Shown here: one piece after another, positions 1 to 8,082 of the stretch
How positions within the stretch are numbered: the first letter of the stretch is position 1
Layout: each line of letters opens with the position of its first letter
Sequence record: MW722083.1
DNA: 39,565 nucleotides
Direction: 5' to 3' (one strand)
Source: Escherichia phage vB_EcoP_ZX5
Position numbers and translations under genes: made by a program
The notes under the pieces: model-generated
The model's database searches: none
Told to the model about the DNA's origin: nothing
The model's input: only the letters and a program-made list of their open reading frames with translations

Positions 1-61
1 AGGCCTGAGTTGAAGCTACCAGAGACAACAAAACGAACAGTGCAGCAAATGCTTTTTTCAT
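1..61 (-). CDS. 5' end of a small secreted-protein ORF (signal peptide MKKAFAALFVLLSLVASTQA); runs off the left edge and is in frame with 39465..39565 if the window is circular
   Basis: ATG at 61..59 on the minus strand; KK n-region, hydrophobic core and A-x-A type cleavage motif; weak Shine-Dalgarno. Confidence 0.3.
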   Translation of the reverse strand, partial: MKKAFAALFVLLSLVASTQA

Positions 62-130
62 TGTGAAATTTCCATCTATAAGCCACCTCAATGTGGCGTC
101 AATGAGTGTAGCACTGACTTTTGTTTCGTC

Positions 131-165
131 CATAAAAAAGCCCTCAGTGCGGGCTTACTTTTCTT
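131..165 (-). terminator. intrinsic terminator closing the leftward ant/accessory operon
   Basis: 6-bp stem 138-143/151-156 with 7-nt loop; A-run 134-139 gives a U-run on the minus strand; overlaps the stop codon of 155..703. Confidence 0.5.
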
Positions 166-703
166 CAGGTTTGTTGTCTTCAGATTTCTTCTTGATGCTT
201 GGTTTTTGTCTAAGAACGAAAATACCAGCCACTGCAACAACTGTACCGATCACTGTGCCAGCTAGAACTTCATGACCTGTTAAACCTAATAATGTTGCAC
301 AAGCTACTGTAAAAATAGTTGCACTCAGGCCAAACCGCTGCCCACGTTTATCTCTATTAATAGCCCCGTCAAGTGCCTTTTCCTCCATTTTCTGGCGGTG
401 AGCAAACTCCTTCTCCGTCAGCTGGAAGATGCGTTCGGGGGCATCAGGTAAAATATCCTGATACCCGCGAAGCAGATAGGGGGGAGGAAGCGGACCCTGA
501 AACGCATGGTGAGCGACAACTATCTCCTGAATTTCAGGGCGATCAAGAACTCTTGTGAAGGCATCTGGGTGTTGAATGATCTCGTTACTTAGCCCTTCCT
601 CAACTTCCTCGAACTCAGTTTCTTCGTTATCACTTGGTTGCCCAATAGATTTTTGCATATTTGTCGAAGGACATTCCTTTAGCTTCTGGTTTTCCTCTTG
701 CAT
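155..703 (-). CDS. membrane protein, DUF2335-like (acidic N-terminus, GPLPPPYLLRGYQDILPDAPERI motif, two C-terminal TM helices)
   Basis: 182-aa ORF; SD-like AGGGAA upstream of ATG 703; motif recalled from DUF2335, not searched; start at internal Met 658 is possible. Confidence 0.55.
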   Translation of the reverse strand: MQEENQKLKECPSTNMQKSIGQPSDNEETEFEEVEEGLSNEIIQHPDAFTRVLDRPEIQEIVVAHHAFQGPLPPPYLLRGYQDILPDAPERIFQLTEKEFAHRQKMEEKALDGAINRDKRGQRFGLSATIFTVACATLLGLTGHEVLAGTVIGTVVAVAGIFVLRQKPSIKKKSEDNKPEEK

Positions 704-956
704 TTGAGTTTTTCCCTGTCACTATTGCCCATTTTCCGCCAGCAGGCGCTGCAATTTTTTTTCCGTTCTTTACTATATATTCAGCATAAACACGATTTTC
801 TGACCGTCTGAGATCGTCTCCGACCATATTCATGTCTCTTGATATAACTTTGACGACAGAGTCTCGGTTTAAAGCCTTGGCATAGTTGGAGCCAGGAACG
901 ATACCCAAAGGGGTGCCAGACTCTATAGCCAGCTCCTTGACATATCTTCTGCTCAT
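630..956 (-). CDS. small basic hypothetical protein, first gene of a two-gene cassette
   Basis: 108-aa ORF from ATG 956 with GAGG SD 5 nt upstream; the track's longer start at 971 is TTG; overlaps the downstream gene by 74 nt. Confidence 0.5.
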   Translation of the reverse strand: MSRRYVKELAIESGTPLGIVPGSNYAKALNRDSVVKVISRDMNMVGDDLRRSENRVYAEYIVKNGKKIAAPAGGKWAIVTGKNSNARGKPEAKGMSFDKYAKIYWATK

Positions 957-977
957 ATGAACCTCAACCAATCGACT

Positions 978-992
978 TTACCAATCGGGTAA
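978..992. promoter_or_regulatory. palindromic operator-like site TTACCAATCGGGTAA upstream of the 630..956 cassette
   Basis: perfect TTACC-N5-GGTAA match between ant stop and cassette start. Confidence 0.45.
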
Positions 993-1077
993 TTTTAAAC
1001 ATGAGTATAATGCTTTTAACTGCAACGAGTGTAAACAATTATTGATAATTGTAGGCACATCCATGTGCCGCCGCTCG

Positions 1078-1773
1078 TCAGAAGAACCCTGCTTTGTCGT
1101 TGATGTACTCCGCGTGCGTCTGGATATCACGCAGGCATTTGCTCACACCGACGATGTAGCAGAACATGGTGGTCAGCTCCGCCGCCGCGCCCGATACGTC
1201 GTGCCCGTCTTCCTGTAACTGGTTCAGCAGATTCATCAGCAGTGAGTTCTCCGTCAGGCCGAGAACACCAGACGGCGAATGAATCAGGCTGCGGTAGCCG
1301 GGCTTCAGCGGGGCGCTGTAGGTTTTGTTCTCTATCTTCATCGCCTGCATTACTGCTGACGCCGTGGCGTTGGCTACCTGGTCGGCAACCATCTTTATGC
1401 GTTCTTCCTGCGGGAGCGAGTTTTTAATGTAACTTCCGGTGCGGCGGATCTGAGGAAGAACCTCACCTGTAACCCATTTACGAAAGCGGTAGGGGATAGT
1501 GCCTGGTGTCACTGCGTCGCGGCAGCGGAGGATCAGTGTGTAGAGGCCTGACTCGGAGATGATGATCGATTCTTGCTCACCGCCAGGGGTGTCGGTTGAA
1601 GCGACGCCCTTCTCATCATCATCAAGTTTTCGAACAGCATCTCGATGGTTTGCTATGCCTATAGCCCGACAAACATCTGAAGCGATAAACCATGGCTCAC
1701 CATTAATGACGATTACCCGTATATCGGCTTGGGATTCGAAAGAAAAAATGGACGTGCTTTTTGTAGCTGTCAT
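1078..1773 (-). CDS. ant: antirepressor (Bro-N type N-terminal domain plus Ant-type C-terminal domain)
   Basis: 231-aa ORF; N-terminus FSFESQADIRVIVINGEPWFIASDVCRAIG resembles Bro-N; AAGGTAA SD before ATG 1773. Confidence 0.8.
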   Translation of the reverse strand: MTATKSTSIFSFESQADIRVIVINGEPWFIASDVCRAIGIANHRDAVRKLDDDEKGVASTDTPGGEQESIIISESGLYTLILRCRDAVTPGTIPYRFRKWVTGEVLPQIRRTGSYIKNSLPQEERIKMVADQVANATASAVMQAMKIENKTYSAPLKPGYRSLIHSPSGVLGLTENSLLMNLLNQLQEDGHDVSGAAAELTTMFCYIVGVSKCLRDIQTHAEYINDKAGFF

Positions 1774-1929
1774 AGTGGTTACCTTTTAGTCTGGTTAATC
1801 ACCACTACCGACGCCAATCGGTTGGTGGTGAACTGTGCAGGGTTGGCGTAACCGGCTAAAAGGACCCGGCGCACCTTTCGGTGCCCCCACACAGCCCACC
1901 ATAATACGAATGTGGCCGTGCTATACGCA

Positions 1930-1950
1930 TAAAAAAACCGCTTGCGCGGT
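1930..1950 (-). terminator. weak intrinsic terminator or attenuator between the Ant-C paralog and ant
   Basis: 5-bp stem ACCGC/GCGGT 1937-1941/1946-1950; A7 run 1930-1936 gives U-run on minus strand. Confidence 0.3.
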
Positions 1951-2042
1951 GAATGCGCCTTTTAGTAATCCGGGACGCCAATCCCGGCACTGGATTTTGC
2001 CAGTGCTCGATTACTATGGCACAAGAGGAGTGCGTTGTAAAT

Positions 2043-2057
2043 TTACCGCAAAGGTAA
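2043..2057. promoter_or_regulatory. palindromic operator-like site TTACCGCAAAGGTAA upstream of ant
   Basis: perfect TTACC-N5-GGTAA match; extended near-palindrome AAATTTACC...GGTAAATAT. Confidence 0.45.
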
Positions 2058-2088
2058 ATATAAGCACTCCATTTGGTGATTGCAAACC

Positions 2089-2346
2089 TTATCTGGTTTG
2101 TTTTCGTAATTGTTCGGCACAATAGTCGAGATGTGTTTGCAGATCCTGCATAGACATCTGTGAGCTGGTGACGTAGTTAATCAGTGCAGTCAGTTCGGCA
2201 AGTGGGCCATCGACATTAAATCCATCCTTATCGAGATCCCGGAGTAATTTCATCAAGTGCGATCCCTCCACCAGTGACCTGACGCCTCCCGGCGTGTGAA
2301 TCCTTTCGGTAAATCCGTCTTCCAGTGGATAGTGATACTGCTGCAT
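2089..2346 (-). CDS. small protein paralogous to the C-terminal ~70 aa of the antirepressor
   Basis: 85 aa from internal ATG 2346 with GGAG SD; aligns by eye with Ant C-terminus (LMKLLRDLDKDGFNVDGPLAELT vs LMNLLNQLQEDGHDVSGAAAELT; DLQTHLDY vs DIQTHAEY); the track's longer start at 2469 would put an operator site inside the coding region. Confidence 0.5.
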   Translation of the reverse strand: MQQYHYPLEDGFTERIHTPGGVRSLVEGSHLMKLLRDLDKDGFNVDGPLAELTALINYVTSSQMSMQDLQTHLDYCAEQLRKQTR

Positions 2347-2422
2347 CTTATCTTCTCCATGCAATAACTGTATATTTATACAGTAGCAAATAATTTGTTT
2401 GCTATCCAGCACGTTTTGCAAA

Positions 2423-2437
2423 TTACCTGAAAGGTAA
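2423..2437. promoter_or_regulatory. palindromic operator-like site TTACCTGAAAGGTAA in the divergent region before the tailspike gene
   Basis: perfect match; 17-mer TTACCTGAAAGGTAATA identical to the copy at 22756. Confidence 0.45.
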
Positions 2438-2466
2438 TATCTATTCGTATTTACAGCCTTTCTATC

Positions 2467-2490
2467 CATATGTGGTTTTTCAGGTAATAG
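2467..2490 (+). promoter_or_regulatory. conserved promoter-proximal element CATATGTGGTTTTTCAGGTAATAG upstream of the tailspike gene
   Basis: 19 of 24 positions identical to 22812..22835 upstream of the head operon. Confidence 0.4.
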
Positions 2491-2541
2491 AATAACCAGA
2501 TATGCGGCGCAACGGGTGCTGCGACTATCTGGAGATTTAAC

Positions 2542-5500
2542 ATGACGGTCTCAACCGAAGTTGACCACAACGAATACACCGGTAACGGCGTTACGACATC
2601 GTTTCCGTATACTTTTCGAATTTTCAGAAAATCAGACCTGGTTGTTCAGGTGTCTGACCTGAACGGGAACGTAACAGAATTGGTTCTGGATACCGGTTAT
2701 ACGGTAACTGGGGCGGGCACTTATAGTGGCGGTTCTGTGGTTCTTCCGTCTCCGCTTGCTACTGGATGGCGAATTACGATAGATCGTGTGCTTGATGTAG
2801 TGCAGGAGACAGACCTTCGCAATCAGGGAAAATTTTTCCCCGAAGTGCATGAAGATGCCTTTGACTACCTGACGATGCTGATCCAGCAATGTTTTGGGTG
2901 GTTCAGACGTGCATTGATGAAACCATCTTTGCTTGCAAAATATTACGATGCAAAGCAAAACAAAATTTCTAACCTTGCAGATCCATCATTTGAGCAGGAC
3001 GCTGTAAATAATCGCTCAATGCGTAATTATGTCGATGCTGCAATCGCCGGGGTTGTTGGTGGTTTTGGTTGGTTTATTCAGTATGGTTCTGGGGCTGTGT
3101 ACCGAACGTTCCAGGATAAAATGCGTGATGCTATTAGCCCCAAAGATTTTGGAGCTGTTGGTGATGGTATAAATGACGATTCCACTGCAATAAGCGCGTG
3201 CCTTGAAGCCTCATCTCCAGGTTATAAAATTGACGGATTAGGGCTTACTTTTAAAGTATCAACTCTTCCGGATGTCAGTCGATTTAAAAATGCTCGTTTT
3301 TTATTTGAGAGAATACCGGGCCAGCCTCTTTTTTATGCTTCTGAAGATTTTATCCAGGGAGAGTTATTTAAAATTACAGATACACCGTGGTACAACGCCT
3401 GGACGCAGGATAAAACGTTTGTATATGACAATGTCATCTATGCGCCTTTTATGGCTGGAGACCGCCATGGTGTAAATAACCTCCATGTTGCATGGGTTCG
3501 CTCAGGAGATGACGGGAAGACCTGGACAACGCCGGAATGGCTTACAGATTTACATGAAAACTATCCCACAGTTAACTATCACTGTATGAGTATGGGGGTT
3601 GTCAGAAATCGCCTTTTTGCTGTAATTGAGACGCGGACCGTGAGAGGAAATAAACTGCAGGTTGCAGAGTTGTGGGATCGCCCAATGAGTCGCAGCCTTC
3701 GCGTTTATGGTGGTATAACGAAAGCAGCAAATCAGCAAGTCGCTTATATTCGCATTACTGATCACGGATTATTTGCTGGTGATTTTGTCAACTTCTCAAA
3801 CTCTGGTGTTACAGGTGTTACCGGGAATATGACGGTGACTACTGTTATTGATAAAAATACTTTTACAGTTACGACGCAAAATACCCAGGATGTGGATCAG
3901 AATAACGAGGGTAGATACTGGAGTTTTGGTACATCATTTCACTCGTCACCATGGAGAAAAACCAGTCTTGGAACTATTCCTTCTTTTGTTGACGGAAGCA
4001 CTCCTGTTACTGAGATTCACAGTTTTGCGACGATTAGCGATAACAGTTTTGCTGTTGGCTACCATAATGGTGATATTGGTCCACGCGAGCTTGGGATACT
4101 CTATTTCTCTGATGCTTTCGGTTCTCCTGGTAGCTTTGTTCGCAGACGCATACCTGCAGAATATGAGGCGAATGCATCTGAGCCATGTGTAAAATATTAT
4201 GATGGCATTCTGTATCTGACGACCAGGGGGACATTAAGTACTCAACCCGGTAGTTCATTGCACAGAAGCTCTGATTTAGGTACATCATGGAATTCTCTTC
4301 GCTTCCCAAATAATGTTCATCACTCAAACCTTCCTTTTGCCAAAGTTGGCGATGAGCTGATTATTTTTGGCAGTGAGCGCGCATTTGGTGAGTGGGAAGG
4401 AGGAGAACCTGATAACCGTTATGCAGGAAATTATCCAAGAACATTTATGACCAGAGTTAACGTCAATGAGTGGAGTCTGGATAATGTAGAGTGGGTTAAT
4501 GTTACTGATCAGATTTATCAGGGCGGAATAGTTAACTCTGCGGTTGGTGTTGGTTCAGTTTGTATCAAAGACAACTGGCTGTACTACATTTTCGGTGGGG
4601 AAGACTTTCTAAACCCATGGAGCATAGGGGATAACAACAGAAAATATCCTTATGTTCACGATGGTCACCCGGCTGATTTGTATTGTTTCAGGGTGAAAAT
4701 TAAACAGGAAGAATTTGTTTCAAGGGATTTTGTCTACGGAGCCACTCCTAACAGAACGCTTCCTACTTTTATGTCGACGTCAGGCGTGAGGACGGTTCCT
4801 GTACCCGTTGATTTCACAGATGATGTTGCCGTCCAGTCACTGACTGTCCATGCAGGTACATCAGGACAAGTTCGCGCGGAAGTCAAACTTGAGGGTAATT
4901 ACGCCATTATTGCGAAGAAAGTACCGTCTGATGATGTTACCGCTCAGAGATTAATCGTTAGCGGCGGTGAAACAACGTCTTCAGCAGATGGTGCAATGAT
5001 AACGTTGCATGGTTCCGGAAGCAGTACTCCACGTCGCGCGGTATATAACGCACTCGAACATCTTTTTGAGAACGGAGATGTTAAACCTTATCTTGATAAT
5101 GTAAATGCTCTTGGTGGTCCGGGAAACAGGTTCTCGACAGTTTATCTTGGCTCCAATCCTGTGGTTACCAGTGACGGAACATTAAAGACAGAGCCGGTCT
5201 CTCCTGACGAAGCATTGCTGGATGCCTGGGGTGACGTCAGGTATATCGCTTATAAATGGCTGAACGCTGTCGCTATAAAGGGGGAAGAAGGGGCGAGGAT
5301 ACATCATGGTGTAATCGCGCAGCAACTTCGTGATGTTCTTATTTCTCACGGACTCATGGAAGAAGAAAGCACAACATGCCGCTATGCCTTTCTTTGCTAT
5401 GACGATTATCCCGCAGTATATGATGACGTCATTACTGGCCAAAGGGAAATGCCGCTGACTGATAATGACGGGAGCATCATTGTTGATGAGGATGATAATC

Positions 5501-5661
5501 CAGTGATGGTAATGGAAGACATCATTGAGCGCGTTGAAATAACGCCAGCAGGATCTAGATGGGGGGTCAGACCTGATCTCTTATTCTATATCGAGGCAGC
5601 ATGGCAGCGCAGAGAAATGGATAAGATAAAAGAGCGGATTCAGTCTCTGGAAGAACGTTAA
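2542..5661 (+). CDS. tailspike: T7 gp17-like N-terminal anchor, pectate-lyase-like beta-helix signature, C-terminal S74-type intramolecular chaperone domain
   Basis: 1039-aa ORF with GGAGA SD; N-terminus GNGVTTSFPYTFRIFRKSDLVVQV; central DFGAVGDGINDDSTAI motif; C-terminal chaperone-like block. Confidence 0.85.
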   Translation: MTVSTEVDHNEYTGNGVTTSFPYTFRIFRKSDLVVQVSDLNGNVTELVLDTGYTVTGAGTYSGGSVVLPSPLATGWRITIDRVLDVVQETDLRNQGKFFPEVHEDAFDYLTMLIQQCFGWFRRALMKPSLLAKYYDAKQNKISNLADPSFEQDAVNNRSMRNYVDAAIAGVVGGFGWFIQYGSGAVYRTFQDKMRDAISPKDFGAVGDGINDDSTAISACLEASSPGYKIDGLGLTFKVSTLPDVSRFKNARFLFERIPGQPLFYASEDFIQGELFKITDTPWYNAWTQDKTFVYDNVIYAPFMAGDRHGVNNLHVAWVRSGDDGKTWTTPEWLTDLHENYPTVNYHCMSMGVVRNRLFAVIETRTVRGNKLQVAELWDRPMSRSLRVYGGITKAANQQVAYIRITDHGLFAGDFVNFSNSGVTGVTGNMTVTTVIDKNTFTVTTQNTQDVDQNNEGRYWSFGTSFHSSPWRKTSLGTIPSFVDGSTPVTEIHSFATISDNSFAVGYHNGDIGPRELGILYFSDAFGSPGSFVRRRIPAEYEANASEPCVKYYDGILYLTTRGTLSTQPGSSLHRSSDLGTSWNSLRFPNNVHHSNLPFAKVGDELIIFGSERAFGEWEGGEPDNRYAGNYPRTFMTRVNVNEWSLDNVEWVNVTDQIYQGGIVNSAVGVGSVCIKDNWLYYIFGGEDFLNPWSIGDNNRKYPYVHDGHPADLYCFRVKIKQEEFVSRDFVYGATPNRTLPTFMSTSGVRTVPVPVDFTDDVAVQSLTVHAGTSGQVRAEVKLEGNYAIIAKKVPSDDVTAQRLIVSGGETTSSADGAMITLHGSGSSTPRRAVYNALEHLFENGDVKPYLDNVNALGGPGNRFSTVYLGSNPVVTSDGTLKTEPVSPDEALLDAWGDVRYIAYKWLNAVAIKGEEGARIHHGVIAQQLRDVLISHGLMEEESTTCRYAFLCYDDYPAVYDDVITGQREMPLTDNDGSIIVDEDDNPVMVMEDIIERVEITPAGSRWGVRPDLLFYIEAAWQRREMDKIKERIQSLEER

Positions 5662-5687
5662 AAAAAAGCCCGCAATATTTTGCGGGT
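5661..5687. terminator. hairpin just after the tailspike stop (terminator-like; U-tract better on minus strand)
   Basis: 7-bp stem 5669-5675/5680-5686, loop TATT, preceded by A7. Confidence 0.4.
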
Positions 5688-5967
5688 ATCAAAAACGGAG
5701 TTGGTGAAAAGTTATCTTTGAATTCTATCATGAATCAGTACGTATTTTAAATACATGTTCAGGTTTATTACACCATAGCATTATTAAATACAAAATTAAG
5801 TCTATGGTTCCTGTACAACTGCCCCCACTCTGCTGGCTCGTTCTGTAAAATCATTAGTACTTTTATTGAGATATATGATATGGAACAATAATGATTCATA
5901 TATGGTTTACTATGCGGGTTTAGTCATCAATAATTGACTGGCTTATAGATAGTAAACAGGAGAAAGT

Positions 5968-6372
5968 ATGTCTGCTCAAGTAACAAGTGAGCAATTAAAT
6001 CAGTTGCTTAGTTTTGGTTCTCTTGCTGCGGTTATTGCAGGTGTCCCTCCGGAGGTTGCTTTAGGGGCTTTGGCTGGGGCGGTAATTTTTGTTACCTCTG
6101 CAGTAGAGTACCCCATCCGTCGCCGGGTGCTCCTGTCGATGCTCAGCTTTCTTTGCGGCCTTCTCTTTTACAAACCAGCAGCATCAATTCTTATCGGCAT
6201 AGCCAGCCTGATCCCTACCATCACGCAGGACTCTTTTGAAAAAGGGATTGTTTTCTCTGCAGGCGCATTCGTGTCAGCAATTGTCGCTGTGCGTATTGGT
6301 ATATGGCTCTATCACCGTTCCGATAATCCACGCGAGTTAATTCCGGGGAGAAAAGACGATGGTAACGCATGA
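5968..6372 (+). CDS. holin-like membrane protein (about 4 TM segments)
   Basis: 134-aa hydrophobic ORF with GGAGAAAG SD, immediately before the endolysin. Confidence 0.6.
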   Translation: MSAQVTSEQLNQLLSFGSLAAVIAGVPPEVALGALAGAVIFVTSAVEYPIRRRVLLSMLSFLCGLLFYKPAASILIGIASLIPTITQDSFEKGIVFSAGAFVSAIVAVRIGIWLYHRSDNPRELIPGRKDDGNA

Positions 6373-6667
6373 GTTTTTTTTGCTTATCACCAATGCAGTT
6401 ATTTGCACTGGCATAGCAATTCGCGTTGTCACATTCCGGCGTAACGGCTCTCAACATCGAAGGTGGGGAGGATGGCTTGCTTATTTCCTGATTGTTGCTG
6501 CGGCCAGTATTCCTGTTCGAGTCGCCTATGCAATCTGGTTACGTACGCCAATGGCTGTGGATTTATCTGAGGTCATTATCAACGCTGTCATGCTGGCTGC
6601 GGTTATTAAAACGCGCGGTAACGTCGTTCAAATTTTTAAAGTATCGAGGTCTAAACATGGAGATTAA
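6359..6667 (+). CDS. second holin/antiholin-like membrane protein (about 3 TM segments)
   Basis: 102-aa ORF with GGGGAGAAAA SD; overlaps upstream gene by 14 nt and endolysin by 11 nt. Confidence 0.5.
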   Translation: MVTHEFFLLITNAVICTGIAIRVVTFRRNGSQHRRWGGWLAYFLIVAAASIPVRVAYAIWLRTPMAVDLSEVIINAVMLAAVIKTRGNVVQIFKVSRSKHGD

Positions 6668-7286
6668 ACAATTCCAGCGAGCTGCTGGTATCAGCGAGGC
6701 ACTGGCCGCACGCTGGTTCTCGCATATAACTTCTGCGATGAAAGAGTTTGGTATCAGCAAAGCAGAAGATCAGGCAATGTTTATTGCTCAAGTCGGGCAT
6801 GAGTCTGGGGGCTTCACCAGGTTGCAGGAGAATTTCAACTACAGTGTCAGCGGACTGGCTAACTTCGTTCGGGCTGGGCGTCTCACTCAGGGGCAGGCTA
6901 ATGCACTGGGGCGCCGTGCTGGTGAACCACCATTGCCACTTGAGCGCCAGCGCGCGATCGCAAATCTGGTATACAGCAAACGCATGGGGAACAATGCCCC
7001 TGGTGATGGCTGGAATTACCGAGGGCGCGGACTTATCCAGATTACCGGTTTGAATAACTATCGTGATTGCGGAAACGGTCTGAAGGTTGACCTGCTGGAG
7101 AGCCCTGAACTGCTGGCGCAGGACGGATATGCGGCTCGTAGCGCGGCGTGGTTCTTCGCCAGCAAAGGATGCATGAAGTATACCGGCGATATTGCACGTG
7201 TAACTCTGATTATCAATGGTGGCCGGAACGGCATCGACGACCGGCGAGCGCGGTACATCACTGCCAGTAAGGTGCTGGCGGTATGA
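6657..7286 (+). CDS. endolysin, glycoside hydrolase family 19 (chitinase-like) type
   Basis: 209 aa from ATG 6657 with GAGGT SD; motifs [12 protein letters not shown] and [12 protein letters not shown]; the track start 6492 is an unsupported 5' extension. Confidence 0.85.
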   Translation: MEIKQFQRAAGISEALAARWFSHITSAMKEFGISKAEDQAMFIAQVGHESGGFTRLQENFNYSVSGLANFVRAGRLTQGQANALGRRAGEPPLPLERQRAIANLVYSKRMGNNAPGDGWNYRGRGLIQITGLNNYRDCGNGLKVDLLESPELLAQDGYAARSAAWFFASKGCMKYTGDIARVTLIINGGRNGIDDRRARYITASKVLAV

Positions 7287-7765
7287 TCTGGGCATTCGTA
7301 AAAGCATACTGGAAACAGTTTCTTATCGTGGCAGTGCTTGCTGTTCTGGTCATATCAGGAGTGGTTGCCTGGAATATACACGGCAGTCGCCAGTACGATG
7401 CCGGGTATGCTCAGGCGGAAGAAGACCGCAAAGCCGAAGAAGACAAAGTTCGTCAGTACTACGAACAGGAGAAAGTGACCAATGAACGTGAAGCTCAGCA
7501 GAGGATCGACCAGGCGAGCAATGATGCTCTTGATGCTGCCGCTAGCGCTGGCCGGTTGCAGCAACAACTCTTTGCCATCCGTGAGCAGCTCAGGCAGTAT
7601 AACGCCATTGTCGGCGCTGGGTCGTCAGCCGCAGACACCGGAGTTTTGCTTGCCGACGTGCTCAGCAAATCTCTCGAGAGAAACAGACAACTGGCAGAGT
7701 ATGCTGACCGGGCAGCCGAAGCAGGAAGAGTCTGCGAAAAACAGTACGACACTTTGACCAGATAG
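7283..7765 (+). CDS. i-spanin (Rz-like), N-terminal TM plus coiled coil
   Basis: ATGA overlap with endolysin stop; N-terminal [20 protein letters not shown], charged periplasmic coiled coil. Confidence 0.75.
   Translation: MIWAFVKAYWKQFLIVAVLAVLVISGVVAWNIHGSRQYDAGYAQAEEDRKAEEDKVRQYYEQEKVTNEREAQQRIDQASNDALDAAASAGRLQQQLFAIREQLRQYNAIVGAGSSAADTGVLLADVLSKSLERNRQLAEYADRAAEAGRVCEKQYDTLTR
7521..7757 (+). CDS. o-spanin (Rz1-like lipoprotein) nested in the +1 frame of the i-spanin gene
   Basis: [13 protein letters not shown] lipobox, Pro-rich, wholly embedded in 7283..7765. Confidence 0.7.
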   Translation: MMLLMLPLALAGCSNNSLPSVSSSGSITPLSALGRQPQTPEFCLPTCSANLSRETDNWQSMLTGQPKQEESAKNSTTL

Positions 7766-7936
7766 CATGGCATTTTTCATGGTACTGATTTCCGGTGACG
7801 GTATATAAAACGGTACGGAAAAAATTGAGATTTGGAAAAATGTTATCACTCAATTGGTTATGGTTATCGTAAATAATTGAGTGGGAATGATTAACAGCTA
7901 ACTCATAGCAACTCATTCCTATTCAGATACTAATTT

Positions 7937-7969
7937 AACCCTCTGTTTTTACAGAGGGTTTTTGTTTTT
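7937..7969 (+). terminator. strong intrinsic terminator after the lysis cassette
   Basis: 10-bp stem AACCCTCTGT/ACAGAGGGTT, loop TTTT, followed by TTTGTTTTT. Confidence 0.75.
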
Positions 7970-8025
7970 ATGTATTCATTTCTATTCACTCTACACCATA
8001 TTTTTCGTCGGTACAGGTGACGGTA

Positions 8026-8040
8026 TTACCTTAAAGGTAT
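8026..8040. promoter_or_regulatory. palindromic operator-like site TTACCTTAAAGGTAT upstream of int
   Basis: one mismatch to TTACC-N5-GGTAA; abuts the second GGTGACGGTAT repeat. Confidence 0.35.
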
Positions 8041-8082
8041 ACTCTCATACCGTCATGAAAATGGTTTCTATACGGGTGAATT

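Larger units (their letters stand above)
7766..8082. other. candidate attP / integrase regulatory region
   Basis: 9-bp inverted repeat CACTCAATT 7847-7855 / AATTGAGTG 7875-7883; 11-bp direct repeat GGTGACGGTAT at 7794-7804 and 8016-8026; directly upstream of int. Confidence 0.35.

Noticed and set aside
2347-2469. Longer 126-aa version of the Ant C-terminal paralog starting at 2469
   Set aside because: Low-complexity N-terminus, and the operator-like palindrome 2423..2437 would lie inside the coding region; internal ATG 2346 has a GGAG SD.
2632-5442. Several minus-strand or alternative-frame ORFs inside the tailspike gene (2632..2958, 3550..3765, 4034..4327, 5182..5442, 3272..3475, 3848..4192)
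   Set aside because: Fully embedded in a long, well-supported coding frame; odd composition; no RBS noted.
6492-6656. Track start for the endolysin at 6492, giving a 55-aa N-terminal extension
   Set aside because: The extension overlaps the second holin gene and lacks an RBS; ATG 6657 has a GAGGT SD and begins the conserved endolysin sequence.
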